Assembly (NCBI GenBank): GCA_900617105.1
Contig: UYFQ01000539.1
Span: forward strand, 1 to 64,000
DNA: 64,000 nucleotides
Direction: 5' to 3'
From: Hydrurus foetidus
Taxonomy: Eukaryota
Position numbers and translations under genes: made by a program. Under the pieces are notes generated by a model. That model saw nothing but the letters and a program-made list of their open reading frames with translations, had not been told where the DNA came from and did not search any database. Every line of letters starts with the position of its first letter. Position 1 is the stretch's first letter. Positions 12,082 through 23,794 of the stretch are shown here, piece by piece.

Positions 12082-14853
12082 CTGCGTAGGAGCTAGGTCT
12101 AGGAACCTATCTAGGGAAAGTCTGGATAAGCCTATCTAGGGCACTATCTAGGCAGCCCATTTTGGGAGTTTTTGGAACTCGGAACTCATCCCGTATAATT
12201 AATTAAAAAATCAAAAAATCTTCATTCCACCGTTGAAAATTCAAAATTGAAATCAACGCCACGTGGCTGCAACGCAACAGTCATCAGATCTGCGAGCAGT
12301 CTCCAATCTCCAATCTCGAGCAGATAACTCGACTGATAGCGATACAAAACAGAACTCTATCAATTTCAAGGCCGTAAATTTGCAGACGAATTCGAATTCG
12401 CAATTGACCATGAACGCCAACGTTATCCGAACTCCTTCTGGTCCTCTGTCGAAACCGACTCCAAATGATGCTGATCCAAATGTTGTCCAGCCAACTGGAC
12501 CTATCGAAAAATTCTGTTTCATTTTGAAGAAGACAGCTGCTGGCAACAACGTGTACCGTTGTAAGATATGCAGCCACGAGTTCACTGGGTCGAAGGTTGT
12601 TGCCGCGACTCATTTTGAGAGACGATTGAGTTGCCAGAAACTGCTGAAATGTGTTGGTCCTTTTCCACCCGACCTCCAAGAGGCAATCAATGCCATGCTG
12701 ACTGAGAAACTGGCCCAAGATGAAGTCTCGAAAAAGAAACGAGTATTTAGTGACCTTACCGCAACCAATCAATCACAGCTGGCGACAATGTTCGGGACAA
12801 TGGGTTCACCGCTAGCAGATTCTGCCATCCTGCGATTTGTCATCTGCCAGGGCTTATCACCTTCTCTAGTTAATTCTACCAGCTTCCGGGAAATGATTAG
12901 AGCGATCCGTGGCGCTCCAGCGAGTTACGCTCCTCAGACCAGTCACTCTATGGGCATCAACTCTATCCGATCAACAGATGAGAATGGTTTCGGAAAAGTT
13001 TTATCAGATGAGATTGTTCGTTGCAGAAACCTGAAGGATCGAATGTTAAACGGAGTCTCGGCAACAGGCGGAACATTGTGCAATGACGGTGCGAAGTGGA
13101 GGCGCCGATCACTGATTAACTCGGCGCTCATGACCACCAAAGGCCCATTCTTTTGTCAATCCACCGACGCCACCGGCAAATTTAAGGGAGCCCAATACTT
13201 ACTGGACGATATTAAGAAGGCTATAGGTGCAATCGGCCCGGAAAATGTCTTCATCGTGGCCTTAGATGGAGCTTGTAAGGCCACCCTCTCAATGATTCTC
13301 CTCGATCCTACCATGAATCAGATATTCCCGCAGAGATGCAGTACACACGGCTGCAACCTTCTCGTAGCAGACGTAGGAAAGCTCTTCCAGTGGGAGATAA
13401 TGCTCTGCGTGCGCTTAGTCAAATTTGTAAGTAACCATGACGGAATCTTTGCGATCATGTCAGCAATGCCGAACGCTCTTCTACTGCTGGGTGCTGTTGA
13501 GACCAGATTTGCATCGCAAATCTACTCCTCTGAGAGAATACTGGAGGACAAAGATGCACTGAAGGAGCTCTTTTACGGGACACCACTACGAACATATCTC
13601 TCTCGGTCGCCGGCAGCTCAAACGAACGAGTTTAGATCACTAGAGGAGGACTTTATATCGAACGCCATCACATGGAAAAGGATTGAAGCATTCGTCGATG
13701 TTGAGTTACCACTCCGACAGCTGCTGCGCATCTCCGACGGTCACCAGCCAAACCTTCCAGATATCGCGTATGGGTTCGAGGACGCTAGTATGAAAAGCCT
13801 AGCCGCAGCAGCTGTCGCAGAGGAGAAGTATCCAGAGATATACTCCGGCTTGAGTGACAGCGTCAGTGCAGCATTGCTGAAACGGAAGAAAGACATCGTG
13901 ACGCCTCTGTGTCTGGCAGCCTGTATGGTGCACCCTAGACATGTCTACGTTTTAAACGATGTTCTCAAGTATGAACCGGAGGGAGGACGGGAAGCCATAT
14001 CTTCGGTCATTGACCGTTACTATCGAGGTTCTAATCAGAAACAAGTCGATGCCTTGATAGTATACCAGGACTTCAGATCGAAGGCCGGATATTTTGGTAC
14101 TGAAAGAACAGCGTACATCGCACTCAACGAGACCTCCGATAATTTTTGGAAACTTGCAGCACACCTGCATCCAGTTGGGTCTGAACTTTTCCGGAAGCTT
14201 TGTAATGGATACGCAGGACAAGGTGAGTCCGAGAGGATGAATAAGCAAGTCAAAAAGTTTCGGACAACAGTGAGAAATAAGCAGACGCATCCAGTTACAA
14301 GTGCTTACATGGAGTTGGATACCATTTACAAAATGGAGAAAAGGTCGTCAGATTATGACAGAAAAGATAGTTACATGACATGTCTCCGCGAGAAAATAGC
14401 AGAAATAGAGGAAGTTCATATTGAGGAAGCGGAATTAGCAGCAGAGAACGATGAGAATAATGTTGGCTTGGAAAACAATGAAGAATACGAAGTTGAAGAT
14501 GCGGAGTACGAAGCTGAATTAGACGACCATGGAAGGAACGCGCTGTTGTTGCTTCTTCAAGCTGCTGCGCAAATTGCTGAGTGAACTTCACGTACGCTAA
14601 ATTCTGAATAAATTAATTAAACGATTTTGTTGTAACTGTCAGTCTGGCATTTTCATTTTTCAGATCCTTACATTGTACGTAAGTACTATACATGATCCAT
14701 ACCCATGTAAGATTCATTACATGTACGTACGTACGTTCTCTCACCCACACGTACGTAAGTACTTCCTACACCTAGGGACCTATCTAGGTTTTTGAAAAAA
14801 AGCCCCCTATCTAGGGGATAGGTAGGGCCCACAAAAGCCTAGCTCCTACGCAG
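12082..14853 (+). mobile_element. Full-length hAT DNA transposon (2772 bp)
   Basis: Perfect 16-bp TIR CTGCGTAGGAGCTAGG. 8-bp TSD AAAAAAAC at 12074-12081 and 14854-14861. CCTATCTAGG subterminal repeats at both ends. Confidence 0.96.
12410..14584 (+). CDS. hAT transposase (BED-like zinc finger, DUF659-type catalytic region)
   Basis: Uninterrupted ORF, first ATG at 12410. Motifs YRCKICSHEF...THF, CNDG, ALDG, CSTHGCNL, ETRFAS, GESER. Confidence 0.93.
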   Translation: MNANVIRTPSGPLSKPTPNDADPNVVQPTGPIEKFCFILKKTAAGNNVYRCKICSHEFTGSKVVAATHFERRLSCQKLLKCVGPFPPDLQEAINAMLTEKLAQDEVSKKKRVFSDLTATNQSQLATMFGTMGSPLADSAILRFVICQGLSPSLVNSTSFREMIRAIRGAPASYAPQTSHSMGINSIRSTDENGFGKVLSDEIVRCRNLKDRMLNGVSATGGTLCNDGAKWRRRSLINSALMTTKGPFFCQSTDATGKFKGAQYLLDDIKKAIGAIGPENVFIVALDGACKATLSMILLDPTMNQIFPQRCSTHGCNLLVADVGKLFQWEIMLCVRLVKFVSNHDGIFAIMSAMPNALLLLGAVETRFASQIYSSERILEDKDALKELFYGTPLRTYLSRSPAAQTNEFRSLEEDFISNAITWKRIEAFVDVELPLRQLLRISDGHQPNLPDIAYGFEDASMKSLAAAAVAEEKYPEIYSGLSDSVSAALLKRKKDIVTPLCLAACMVHPRHVYVLNDVLKYEPEGGREAISSVIDRYYRGSNQKQVDALIVYQDFRSKAGYFGTERTAYIALNETSDNFWKLAAHLHPVGSELFRKLCNGYAGQGESERMNKQVKKFRTTVRNKQTHPVTSAYMELDTIYKMEKRSSDYDRKDSYMTCLREKIAEIEEVHIEEAELAAENDENNVGLENNEEYEVEDAEYEAELDDHGRNALLLLLQAAAQIAE

Positions 14854-15548
14854 AAAAAAACATCTTAAAATTTCAGCTTTTCGATTTGGGCACTCAAATG
14901 ATCGATTGTAGGCGGTGGCTAAGCATCACATCCTCGAGCAAGATCCCAATATGATGGTTGTCCTTCTGACGAATCTGAAGATATGACGTGCTTCAGTATG
15001 ATGTGGTCTACATTGTGATGCCGATGCATTTTCGAGTTCTGTATTTCCCCAATTTTTTTCGCGTTTACAAAAATCCCGTCAAATTTCAGTTGACCAAATT
15101 TTTTAGAAGAACGAAAAAACGAAAAATGCATCGACATGGTCGTGTGCGGAATTTCATTTCGGTTCTTTTGAGCCATTGAACGTCAAAAACGATTCAGGCG
15201 TCGAATTGGGATTCGGCGCCAACTCAATTTTACCGTACTTGGTGTCTTCAGCCTGTAAAGTTTCGGGATGGCCTGGGCGGCGGAGTGTCGGATAAAATAA
15301 TCACGTCAGGCCCAAAACACGATTGGGGGAGGGGGGGGGGGATTTTCACAAAACTTTTAAAGTTTTGCGAAACTTTGTCAGCAACCTACGTTGAGTCAAA
15401 TTAGTGTTTTCAAACGACTATTTCTTTCCTCATTGTGGTTGGGTGTGGATAGTTGGGCCAAAAAAATTATAGATGGTCAACTAATACCATTTTTCAGACT
15501 TTTTCAAAATTAAGATATTTAAAAAAAAAATTACAAACATCATTAACT

Positions 15549-16506
15549 TCACTTCGCTTTTGCATTCTTTCTTCTATTGTCTTCACGTATCAGAAGTGCA
15601 ACATTACTATAACTATTACAGGGAAGTGCCGAAAAATCCCCATTACCATGCATCTGAAGAAATTCTGTATCCGCTTGGGTCACGAAACCGCTCTTAGTTT
15701 TCGTACTTTTCTTATTTCTTTTCTTAGAGCCTGAAATTAAATGGCATTCAGCAACTTTTTGGTTGCCGATTTCATTTTCGTCCTCATCTTCATCGCTGTC
15801 ATTATTGTCACCATTATATTCAGTTTCGGCCCCAAGTAAAACGTTCTCATCTACATTCATATCCTCGTCATCGATATTACCTGGTAATGCATCATTATCT
15901 TTCACCTCACCATCAGCATCTTGCACGTCTACAATCTTTGCTTTCTTACCTCTATTTGTCTTCGCTATTACAGTAAATGAATTATTTTTCCATCCTTTGC
16001 TAAGACCAACATCGCATAATGGATATTGGTTGATAACTGTAGGTTTGCCCGAATCCTGTCCACAGTGGTAACAAGTTTTTTTTGTGATGGTTTAATAAAT
16101 ACACCTACAGGAGTATCAATGAGTTACAGTTGTGCATTGTAAAGATTCAATAATATTTGTAATAATTTATTTGTATGGAGTTAGGTACATACCTTCTCGT
16201 CAACGGGGTGTAAACAACTCAATGCTAGATTTCCACTATACGTGGCACAGTATGGTCTAGATACGTCTTTGTCGAAAGCTATTAATGAAAATCGGAAAAG
16301 TCTGTTCCACAAATGTAATTTAATGACTGGGTCTCCAAAAAGTCTTTAATCTTTTCTTTATCGTTTTCACTAATCCTTGCATTCCCCACCAAAAAAAACC
16401 CTTTTGGTTTTCCGCAGCTTTTACAGCGAATACTACTATGACTATTTTTGACATGGCATAGTACATACGGCTTTATTTCTACACCTAAACAAAAAAATGA
16501 AAACAA
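15549..16506 (-). pseudogene. Cys-rich coding remnant inside the TA-flanked element, possibly a transposase C-terminus
   Basis: Fragments IRCKSCGKPKGF...YICG and TCYHCG...YPLCD followed by an acidic tail, broken by stops. Confidence 0.4.
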
Positions 16507-16890
16507 AAGAAATAGAAAATAAAAAACAAAATAGTGAATGAAAAATAACTGAAAAATGTAGTATAATTTACAAATGTAGTATAATATATTATGAATCTGT
16601 GGCTAACTAGGCTCTTTGCACTAACAGTGCTCCTGTGGTCGGCTAAAAAGTGGCGGAAATTGGTATTTACCAGTTGAGAATTGCTCAAAATTATTTTGTT
16701 TTACTATTGATATTGATTATTTTGTTTTAACAGTGCTCAGTTAAACACTGTGGTACGGCGGTCAAATGTGCTGACTCCTGCGGTTCTGGAAGGGGCTCGA
16801 GCCCTCCCTGGAGTCTCTTACCAATGGGAAAAGAGTTTTGCCCCCATAAAAAAAAACTGCCTTTTGCACGTGGGGGGGAGGGGGGGGGGG

Positions 16891-17243
16891 TGTAGTAATA
16901 TCAGTATTATGTAGACTAGATATTCCGTATACGAATTGTGATGCTATTATCTGTATTTCATATTTTGGATGACTCGTACGGTGTTGCACATGAGCAGTAC
17001 CGTACTACATACGATATGACGTATTTGAACTAGAATAGCTACCAAACCATTGCAACAACAACCACTAATCACACTCGACAACTACTGCGTTGCAGCAGTG
17101 CTAATTAACCCAAACTCGTAGCCGAATGTCAACCTTCACTTCTGAGTTCAGAGAGAGTGAAACCGCATCGGAGAGTGCAGTGGGGAGCTTGTGACCAACC
17201 GTATAGGACATACGTCAAACCTTTAGAGTCCACTTTCACAACA
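16891..17243 (+). repeat. Copia 5' LTR
   Basis: TGTAGT...ACAACA; repeat of 23004-23356. Confidence 0.96.
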
Positions 17244-17254
17244 TAATTAGCACT
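17244..17254 (+). promoter_or_regulatory. Copia primer-binding position TAATTAGCACT (non-TGG; complementary to LTR 17097-17107)
   Basis: Abuts the 5' LTR. Its exact reverse complement AGTGCTAATTA lies inside the LTR. Confidence 0.6.
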
Positions 17255-17281
17255 CATCGATTGCAACAAGAAGTTGCAACG

Positions 17282-18514
17282 ATGAAAGGACGTGGAAGTC
17301 CTCAGCAGAAGCAAGGACGCGGACGAGGTTACTTCGGCGGTCGAGGTGGGAGAGGATCTCCAGCGACGCCGAACCACCATCGTGGGAATATACCCACGAT
17401 AGGTGCATACTTGGATCTACCGCCTGGGAAGGAAATTGCCCATGGGACGGTTACCAAGTGGATGACCAAGCTTAAAGAGTACGCTATGACGACTTTTAAG
17501 TCTAGAGTCAGTATGATATTTGGTGCAGACGGAACTCTAGGGGATTACCCAGTTTACGTATCACCTGAACATCCACCCGATGGTGCTACAGTTTACGACA
17601 GGAAGATATGGGAGTTAGATTTAACAGAATTCAACAAGAATGTGAGAACCTTAGAAGAAGATAAAGGGAACCTGTACGGAGCCATGCTAGGACAAATGAG
17701 TGAAAGCTCGAAGACGAGAGTGGGGGAAATCCAGCTCGGAGTGGAAGCGGACAACGAGCATGAGCCGAGAAAATTGCTCCAAGCAATCCTAGCGACTCAC
17801 ATTGGAGACTCTACCCTCGGTTTAGCTCATCAGATGTATGTTATCACAAAGAGATACAACGATCTAGTTATGGGAGCACACGAAAATTTGAGTATGTATT
17901 ACACAAACACGAAGTCGGCACTCACTGCTATACAGCAGGCATATGAGGCGGCTGGACGTGGAGGAATCGACGAAATATATATAGAAAGCCAAATGGCAGT
18001 CAAATTTATTCTGGGATTGAACAGTGCCTACATCGAGTTCACATCGTTCTTCACGAACGGATTGAAGGCGTGGCCCGACTGTCTGGAGACAGCTTACCAA
18101 GAGGCAGCCAAATATAACCCTAAGAGAGCAGCAGTCAACTCACCAGCAGCCATGGAGCGAGCTAACGCATTCGCGATGACTGGAAGAGGAGGCAGAGGCG
18201 GCAAAGGAGGATACCCTGGAGGACGCAACGGGAAGAGCGCACCCAACGCTAAATGGGTGAAGGACGTAGCAGACTCTCCTGAAGGAAGCAGCAGCAGCGA
18301 AAAAGGGTCACCGGTAGGAGCCTACGTGGCAACCAAGTCAGCACCAGCAGGATATAAGAGAGGACCATGTAACAACTGCGGGAAATACGGGCACCTCGCC
18401 CGAGAGTGCAGAGCGGATGCAGCAGAGACTGTCGCACAGTACTGGGGAGAGGACTGCGGCAAGAGCCCAGGAGGAAAATCCACGACACCACCCGGCAAAG
18501 GAAAGGGAAAGTAA
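17282..18514 (+). CDS. gag: Copia Gag with RGG-rich tracts and CCHC knuckle
   Basis: ATG at 17282; knuckle CNNCGKYGHLAREC; own stop at 18512-18514. Confidence 0.9.
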   Translation: MKGRGSPQQKQGRGRGYFGGRGGRGSPATPNHHRGNIPTIGAYLDLPPGKEIAHGTVTKWMTKLKEYAMTTFKSRVSMIFGADGTLGDYPVYVSPEHPPDGATVYDRKIWELDLTEFNKNVRTLEEDKGNLYGAMLGQMSESSKTRVGEIQLGVEADNEHEPRKLLQAILATHIGDSTLGLAHQMYVITKRYNDLVMGAHENLSMYYTNTKSALTAIQQAYEAAGRGGIDEIYIESQMAVKFILGLNSAYIEFTSFFTNGLKAWPDCLETAYQEAAKYNPKRAAVNSPAAMERANAFAMTGRGGRGGKGGYPGGRNGKSAPNAKWVKDVADSPEGSSSSEKGSPVGAYVATKSAPAGYKRGPCNNCGKYGHLARECRADAAETVAQYWGEDCGKSPGGKSTTPPGKGKGK

Positions 18515-21500
18515 GTCGTTTATATGATTCTTTACATGATGATATAGTTAGTAATGTAAATGCGAATGTGAATAGTGTTGTGGATAAAATTGTTAAACAC
18601 GTACGTATATCTAAATATATACAAATTAAATTCATAGATGACGAGGCTCCAGTGTCAGAGACACCGACAGTAGATAGTAACATATTTAGCATAGATATCA
18701 CAGACAATCCTGATGTGTTTGGTGATGATCAATTGCTGCTTGATACTTGCGCTGGTGAATCTGTATTTAGAACTAGTACACTGTTCTATGACATTGTGCA
18801 TGCCCACACACCCATGTTAGTTAATGGAGTAAATAGTAAAGGAGAGCCAATGGTGATCACAGAGTGCGGGATGACGGACTTTGGATTAGTTTACTATGAC
18901 CCTAATTGTATAGCGAATATTCTATCATTTGCTAACATGGTAAATAATTGTTACTCAGTGAAGTATAATAGTAAAGGAGATTTTTATATTTTACAAGTAG
19001 TAAAAGCAGGATGCTGCTACTATTTCAATAGAGATGCGAGAAGTAACATTTATATATGTAATCTTAATACAATGGTAAGTAAGCCTAAGTTAATTTTAGT
19101 TACGACAGTTAATGATAAGATGAAGAAGTATACTGTTAGACAGGTTAAACAAGCCGAGTTAGCTAGAGAGTATCAGAGGAAATTAGGATACGTTAGTCCA
19201 GGTCAGTTAGTTAAGCTGATAGGACAAGGTAAACTAGTTAATAGTAATATAACAGCACAAGATGTAGTTAGGTCTTTGGATATCTGGGGTCCTGACTTGG
19301 GCTCCCTAAAGGGCAAAACACCAAGCCATCAGGCACAGGTTGAAGAAGAGCAGCCATTGTTAGATAATATTCAAGATTTAAATCAGACAATGTATATAGA
19401 TATTATGTTTGTTAACGGCAATCCATTTTTAATTGCCGTTGTTAAGCCATTAGAATACGTTATGGTAAATAAGTTAAACAATAGAGCCAACCTTACACTG
19501 TGGACTAGCCTAGAGAGTGATATCAGACATATTACTAAGTATGGATTCAGACTAGACCTAGTTAGAGTTGATGGCGAGGGCGCAATCAATTCAGTATGGT
19601 TTGAAACCAAGTTAGCTAGTATAGGCTCTGCACTAGATACGACAGGTGCAGGAGAGGCAGTCACAGTAGTTGAGCGTAAGATAAGGCAGATTAAAGAGAG
19701 AGTTAGAGCAGTAATCAATACACTACCTTTCAAGTTAACTGAGAAGTTAGAAGGATGGTTAGTTAGATATGCTGTTAATCGTATAGTGTTAGTTCCGACT
19801 AGGAACACTGTTGACTATGTTAGCCCTAGAGAGAAACTATACGGTAGAAAGATAAACGTAGATAAAGAACTTAAACACGGTTTTGGTGACTACGTGCAAG
19901 TACATTCTGACAATATTGATAATAGTAATAAAGCCAGAACTTCAGGTGCTATCGCTCTGATGAGTGCTGGCAACCTTGAAGGATCGTGGTATTACATGTT
20001 ACTCAGTAATGAACAGATAGTCAAACGTACAAAATCCACATCATTACCCATGCCCGATGAAGTTATTACTTACATTAATGGATTATCTGAAAAGAGAAAC
20101 ATTAATAGAAATAACAATACTAATCAACCTGTATTTGAACAGAATAAGCGTGTGATATTAGATGATGGTCTTGATTATGATGATGAACACATATACGATA
20201 GCAATAGGCGTAGATTTAGCCATACAGCTACACCTCATACTGATGAAATGTATGACGATTCATATGTTGACGAAACGAACACACAGCATGATGCACCTGT
20301 TCCCTACATAATGAATGACATGAATGATATTGATAATATACCTGATGTACCAGATATTTATGATATGAATGATATGAATAATCAAGATGATTATGACTAT
20401 GCGCAGTTAGAAACTGATGGTGCGGATATTGAACCTGTTGAGTATGACGATACTTTGACCGAATATGTTACACCTGACGTGAATGATGTACACACTGAAG
20501 ATGATGTACTTACACCATATCAACCACATGATGTTATTGATGATACGTACGCTGTTGATGACGTACTTACTGATGCACTACCTGAGATAGAACAGCCTGC
20601 TTTGAGACGTAGCGCTAGAAATCACCAGCCAGGTAGATGGGTTCCTAAGAGAGGAAATTACACTGTGAAATGTAGTGTTGCCCACCATGTTCCATCCACC
20701 AATTATTCATATGCTTTCAACATGACTGTTAAAGATGGCATAGATAAGCTAGGTGATATTGCTGTAGATTCCATTAAGAAAGAAATGCAACAAATGTGTG
20801 AGAAAGATGTTTGGGAGGGAGTGTTGATCAGCTCACTTAACCAGATACAAAGAAACAACATTATAACTAGTAGCATGTTTCTAAAGGATAAATACACAGC
20901 AGATGGTAAATTCGATAAGCTTAAGTCTAGATTAGTAGCAGGAGGCCACTTACAAGACAGAGATATATACGACAATGGATCTTCACCAACTGTTAGTACT
21001 ACTAGTGTGTTTATTGTTGCTTCAATTGCTGCCCATGAATGTAGATCGATTGCTACTGTTGATTTTCCTGGTGCATTTTTGAATAGTGAAATGCCTTTAG
21101 AGGGCACTCACACTGTGTATATGAGACTGAATAAATATTTAACTGGAGTGTTGTTATCCATTGATAAATCATATAGTAAATATGTTAATGATAAAGGCAC
21201 ATGCATTGTTAAACTGAAAAAGGCATTGTATGGATGTGTAGAATCTGCTAAATTATGGTATGATAAAATATCACATGACCTATTATCATTAGGGTATATT
21301 GTTAACTCTTACGACATATGTGTATTTAACAGAACTGAATCCAATAATAAACAAACTACACTAATAATTCACGTTGACGACATGATGAAAACGCGTTGAT
21401 TATGTTATTGATGAAATTGAAAAACTATATCCTGGTCTAACGAAACATCGAGGCAAAGTACTTAATTATATAGGTATGACTTTCAATTTCGAGACTACGG

Positions 21501-22312
21501 GAAAACTAAAGATAACGATGGACGGATTCATAAAGGAGCTGCTAGAAGACTGTAAAAAGATTATAGGGGCGGCACCAAACCCGGCCAAGTCGGATTTATT
21601 TTCCGTTAAACCGGATACATCTGACCCATTACTAACCACTTCTGCTCGTGAGTATTTCCATTCAATTACAGCGAAGCTGCTATACCTCAGCAAAAGAGCC
21701 AGGCCGGATATTCTAACAGCGGTGGCGTTTTTGACCAAGCGAGTAACAAAGCCTCAAGTCGAAGACATGAAAAAGCTGGAACGTACCGTACAGTACATAC
21801 GGGAGACAAAAGACATGGGAATGACCCTACAAGTCGAAGACCCCATCACCACCATCTGTTATGTTGACGCTTCCTTCGGCGTGCATAGTGACATGAAGAG
21901 TCATACTGGAAGCGCCATCACATTAGGGAAAGGCGTAGTGTATGCGAAGAGTTCAACTCAGAAGCTAACTACGAAGTCTAGTACCGAAGCAGAGCTAGTG
22001 GGACTGAGTGACTCAGCCAATCAAGTGCTGTGGACACGACTGTTCCTCATTGAACAAGGATATAAAGACAGGAGCGCCATCATTTATCAAGACAATAAAT
22101 CCACAATCCAACTGATCAACAACGGACGCTCCAACAGCGAACGTACAAGACATATTAATATACGGTACTTCTTCCTCCATGACCGTGTAAGAGAAAAGGA
22201 AATCGCCATCATTTATAAACCAACCAACGATATGTTAGCTGATATGCTGACTAAACCACTTCAAGGAGAGCAGTTCAGAGCTTTCCGAGATACACTACTC
22301 GGAATCACCTGA
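18406..22312 (+). CDS. pol: Copia Pol in the -1 frame relative to Gag, with a frame break just after HVDD
   Basis: ORFs 18406-21399 and 21476-22312; the second frame is open from about 21390. Confidence 0.9.
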
Positions 22313-23003
22313 GTATTCCCTTCTTTCGAATTTCTTCTACCTACGCTTTGCCAACAACATTTCTACTACCTTGGCCAAAATCAACCCTATGTATTATATG
22401 AATCTGTTTTTATGAATCTGCAATCCATCAAATTTCTACTGCCCTACAACATCAACCTCCAAGACTCAACACTCAAGACACCTACACTCGAGCCTACATT
22501 ACATATGGTCGAGTACAAATCAGCTGAAGACACATCATGACGAAGACTTCAGCACCAACATTCCCACGATAAACTACTTTCTACAACCGACTTTTCCAAA
22601 AGTAAACTTCCTACTATATCCGACAATTCCAACCGCCAACTATTCCTACAACCTACAATTCCAACCTCCAACTTCCGACATTTTTATTTTGACTGAGATC
22701 AAATTTCAAGACAACGACGTAACATTCCGGAGCCATTGAGAAAACTTTATTTATGATTAATATTGAATGTACTTGTATGATCTAATTTTATGCTTTTAAT
22801 TCTATGATTGAATAAACATGTATGAACATTAATAATATTTTTAATAATTACAATTAATTAACCTGTGTGACATCAAATTAACTACTATTAAATTAAACTT
22901 GAATGAATCTGTTTGAATCGAAATTGTTAGTTAAAATTATTTAGTATTGTAGCAATATAAACATGACGTTTTAAATTAAATACGATAACACATCATAGGG
23001 GTG

Positions 23004-23356
23004 TGTAGTAATATCAGTATTATGTAGACTAGATATTCCGTATACGAATTGTGATGCTATTATCTGTATTTCATATTTTGGATGACTCGTACGGTGTTGC
23101 ACATGAGCAGTACCGTACTACATACGATATGACGTATTTGAACTAGAATAGCTACCAAACCATTGCAACAACAACCACTAATCACACTCGACAACTACTG
23201 CGTTGCAGCAGTGCTAATTAACCCAAACTCGTAGCCGAATGTCAACCTTCACTTCTGAGTTCAGAGAGAGTGAAACCGCATCGGAGAGTGCAGTGGGGAG
23301 CTTGTGACCAACCGTATAGGACATACGTCAAACCTTTAGAGTCCACTTTCACAACA
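23004..23356 (+). repeat. Copia 3' LTR, preceded by a short purine tract AGGGGTG
   Basis: Repeat of 16891-17243. Confidence 0.96.
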
Positions 23357-23794
23357 GGGGGACATGATTATTTTATCCCATACTCCGCCGCCCTGGCTGG
23401 TATCTACAAATATTTGGCTTTTCGGAAGGGTTCATTTTATTCCGGAATCGTAATACTTTGCTTTGAAGATTTAGATGGATGATATTATTTCGGTGATGTC
23501 AACGAAGAACGAAGAGTACTCTGCCGCCGTCCAATTGATTAGGAGCAGCTGGTGATCGACAATAACCGGTGATATTAATCAGTTGCTGTACAGCACCTGA
23601 TAACAGTCATTAGCCTCGAAATCAGAGGAAGCTTTACAGAGATCAACATTAATCATGGAGCAGAAGAGTTACGAAAGTCTGGGACACTATAATAGATAGT
23701 GAAGTTATCAATCAGCTGTGCAGAATTCGACTATCTGTTACTGTTTCAGTAGCATAAAGTATTTTGTCTCGGCACTACAAGCGAGGAAACCATA

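Larger units (their letters stand above)
16891..23356 (+). mobile_element. Ty1/Copia LTR retrotransposon (6466 bp), recent insertion
   Basis: Two 353-bp TG...CA LTRs with no difference seen by eye. GGGGG TSD. Order Gag(CCHC)-PR(LLDTCA)-IN-RT(HVDD)-RNase H(VDAS, KSSTEAE, DNKS, HINIRY, LADMLTK). Confidence 0.97.
11767..23453. mobile_element. TA-flanked TIR DNA element (about 2.4 kb of its own sequence) hosting nested hAT and Copia insertions
   Basis: 49-bp inverted repeat at 11764-11812 and 23408-23456 (2 mismatches). Second inverted segment at 15271-15307 and 23361-23397. TA on both sides; the boundary could alternatively be 11770-23450. Confidence 0.75.

Noticed and set aside
21367..21381. 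HVDD instead of YVDD as an inactivating RT change
   Set aside because: Both catalytic aspartates are present, and HVDD is a variant seen in Copia RTs
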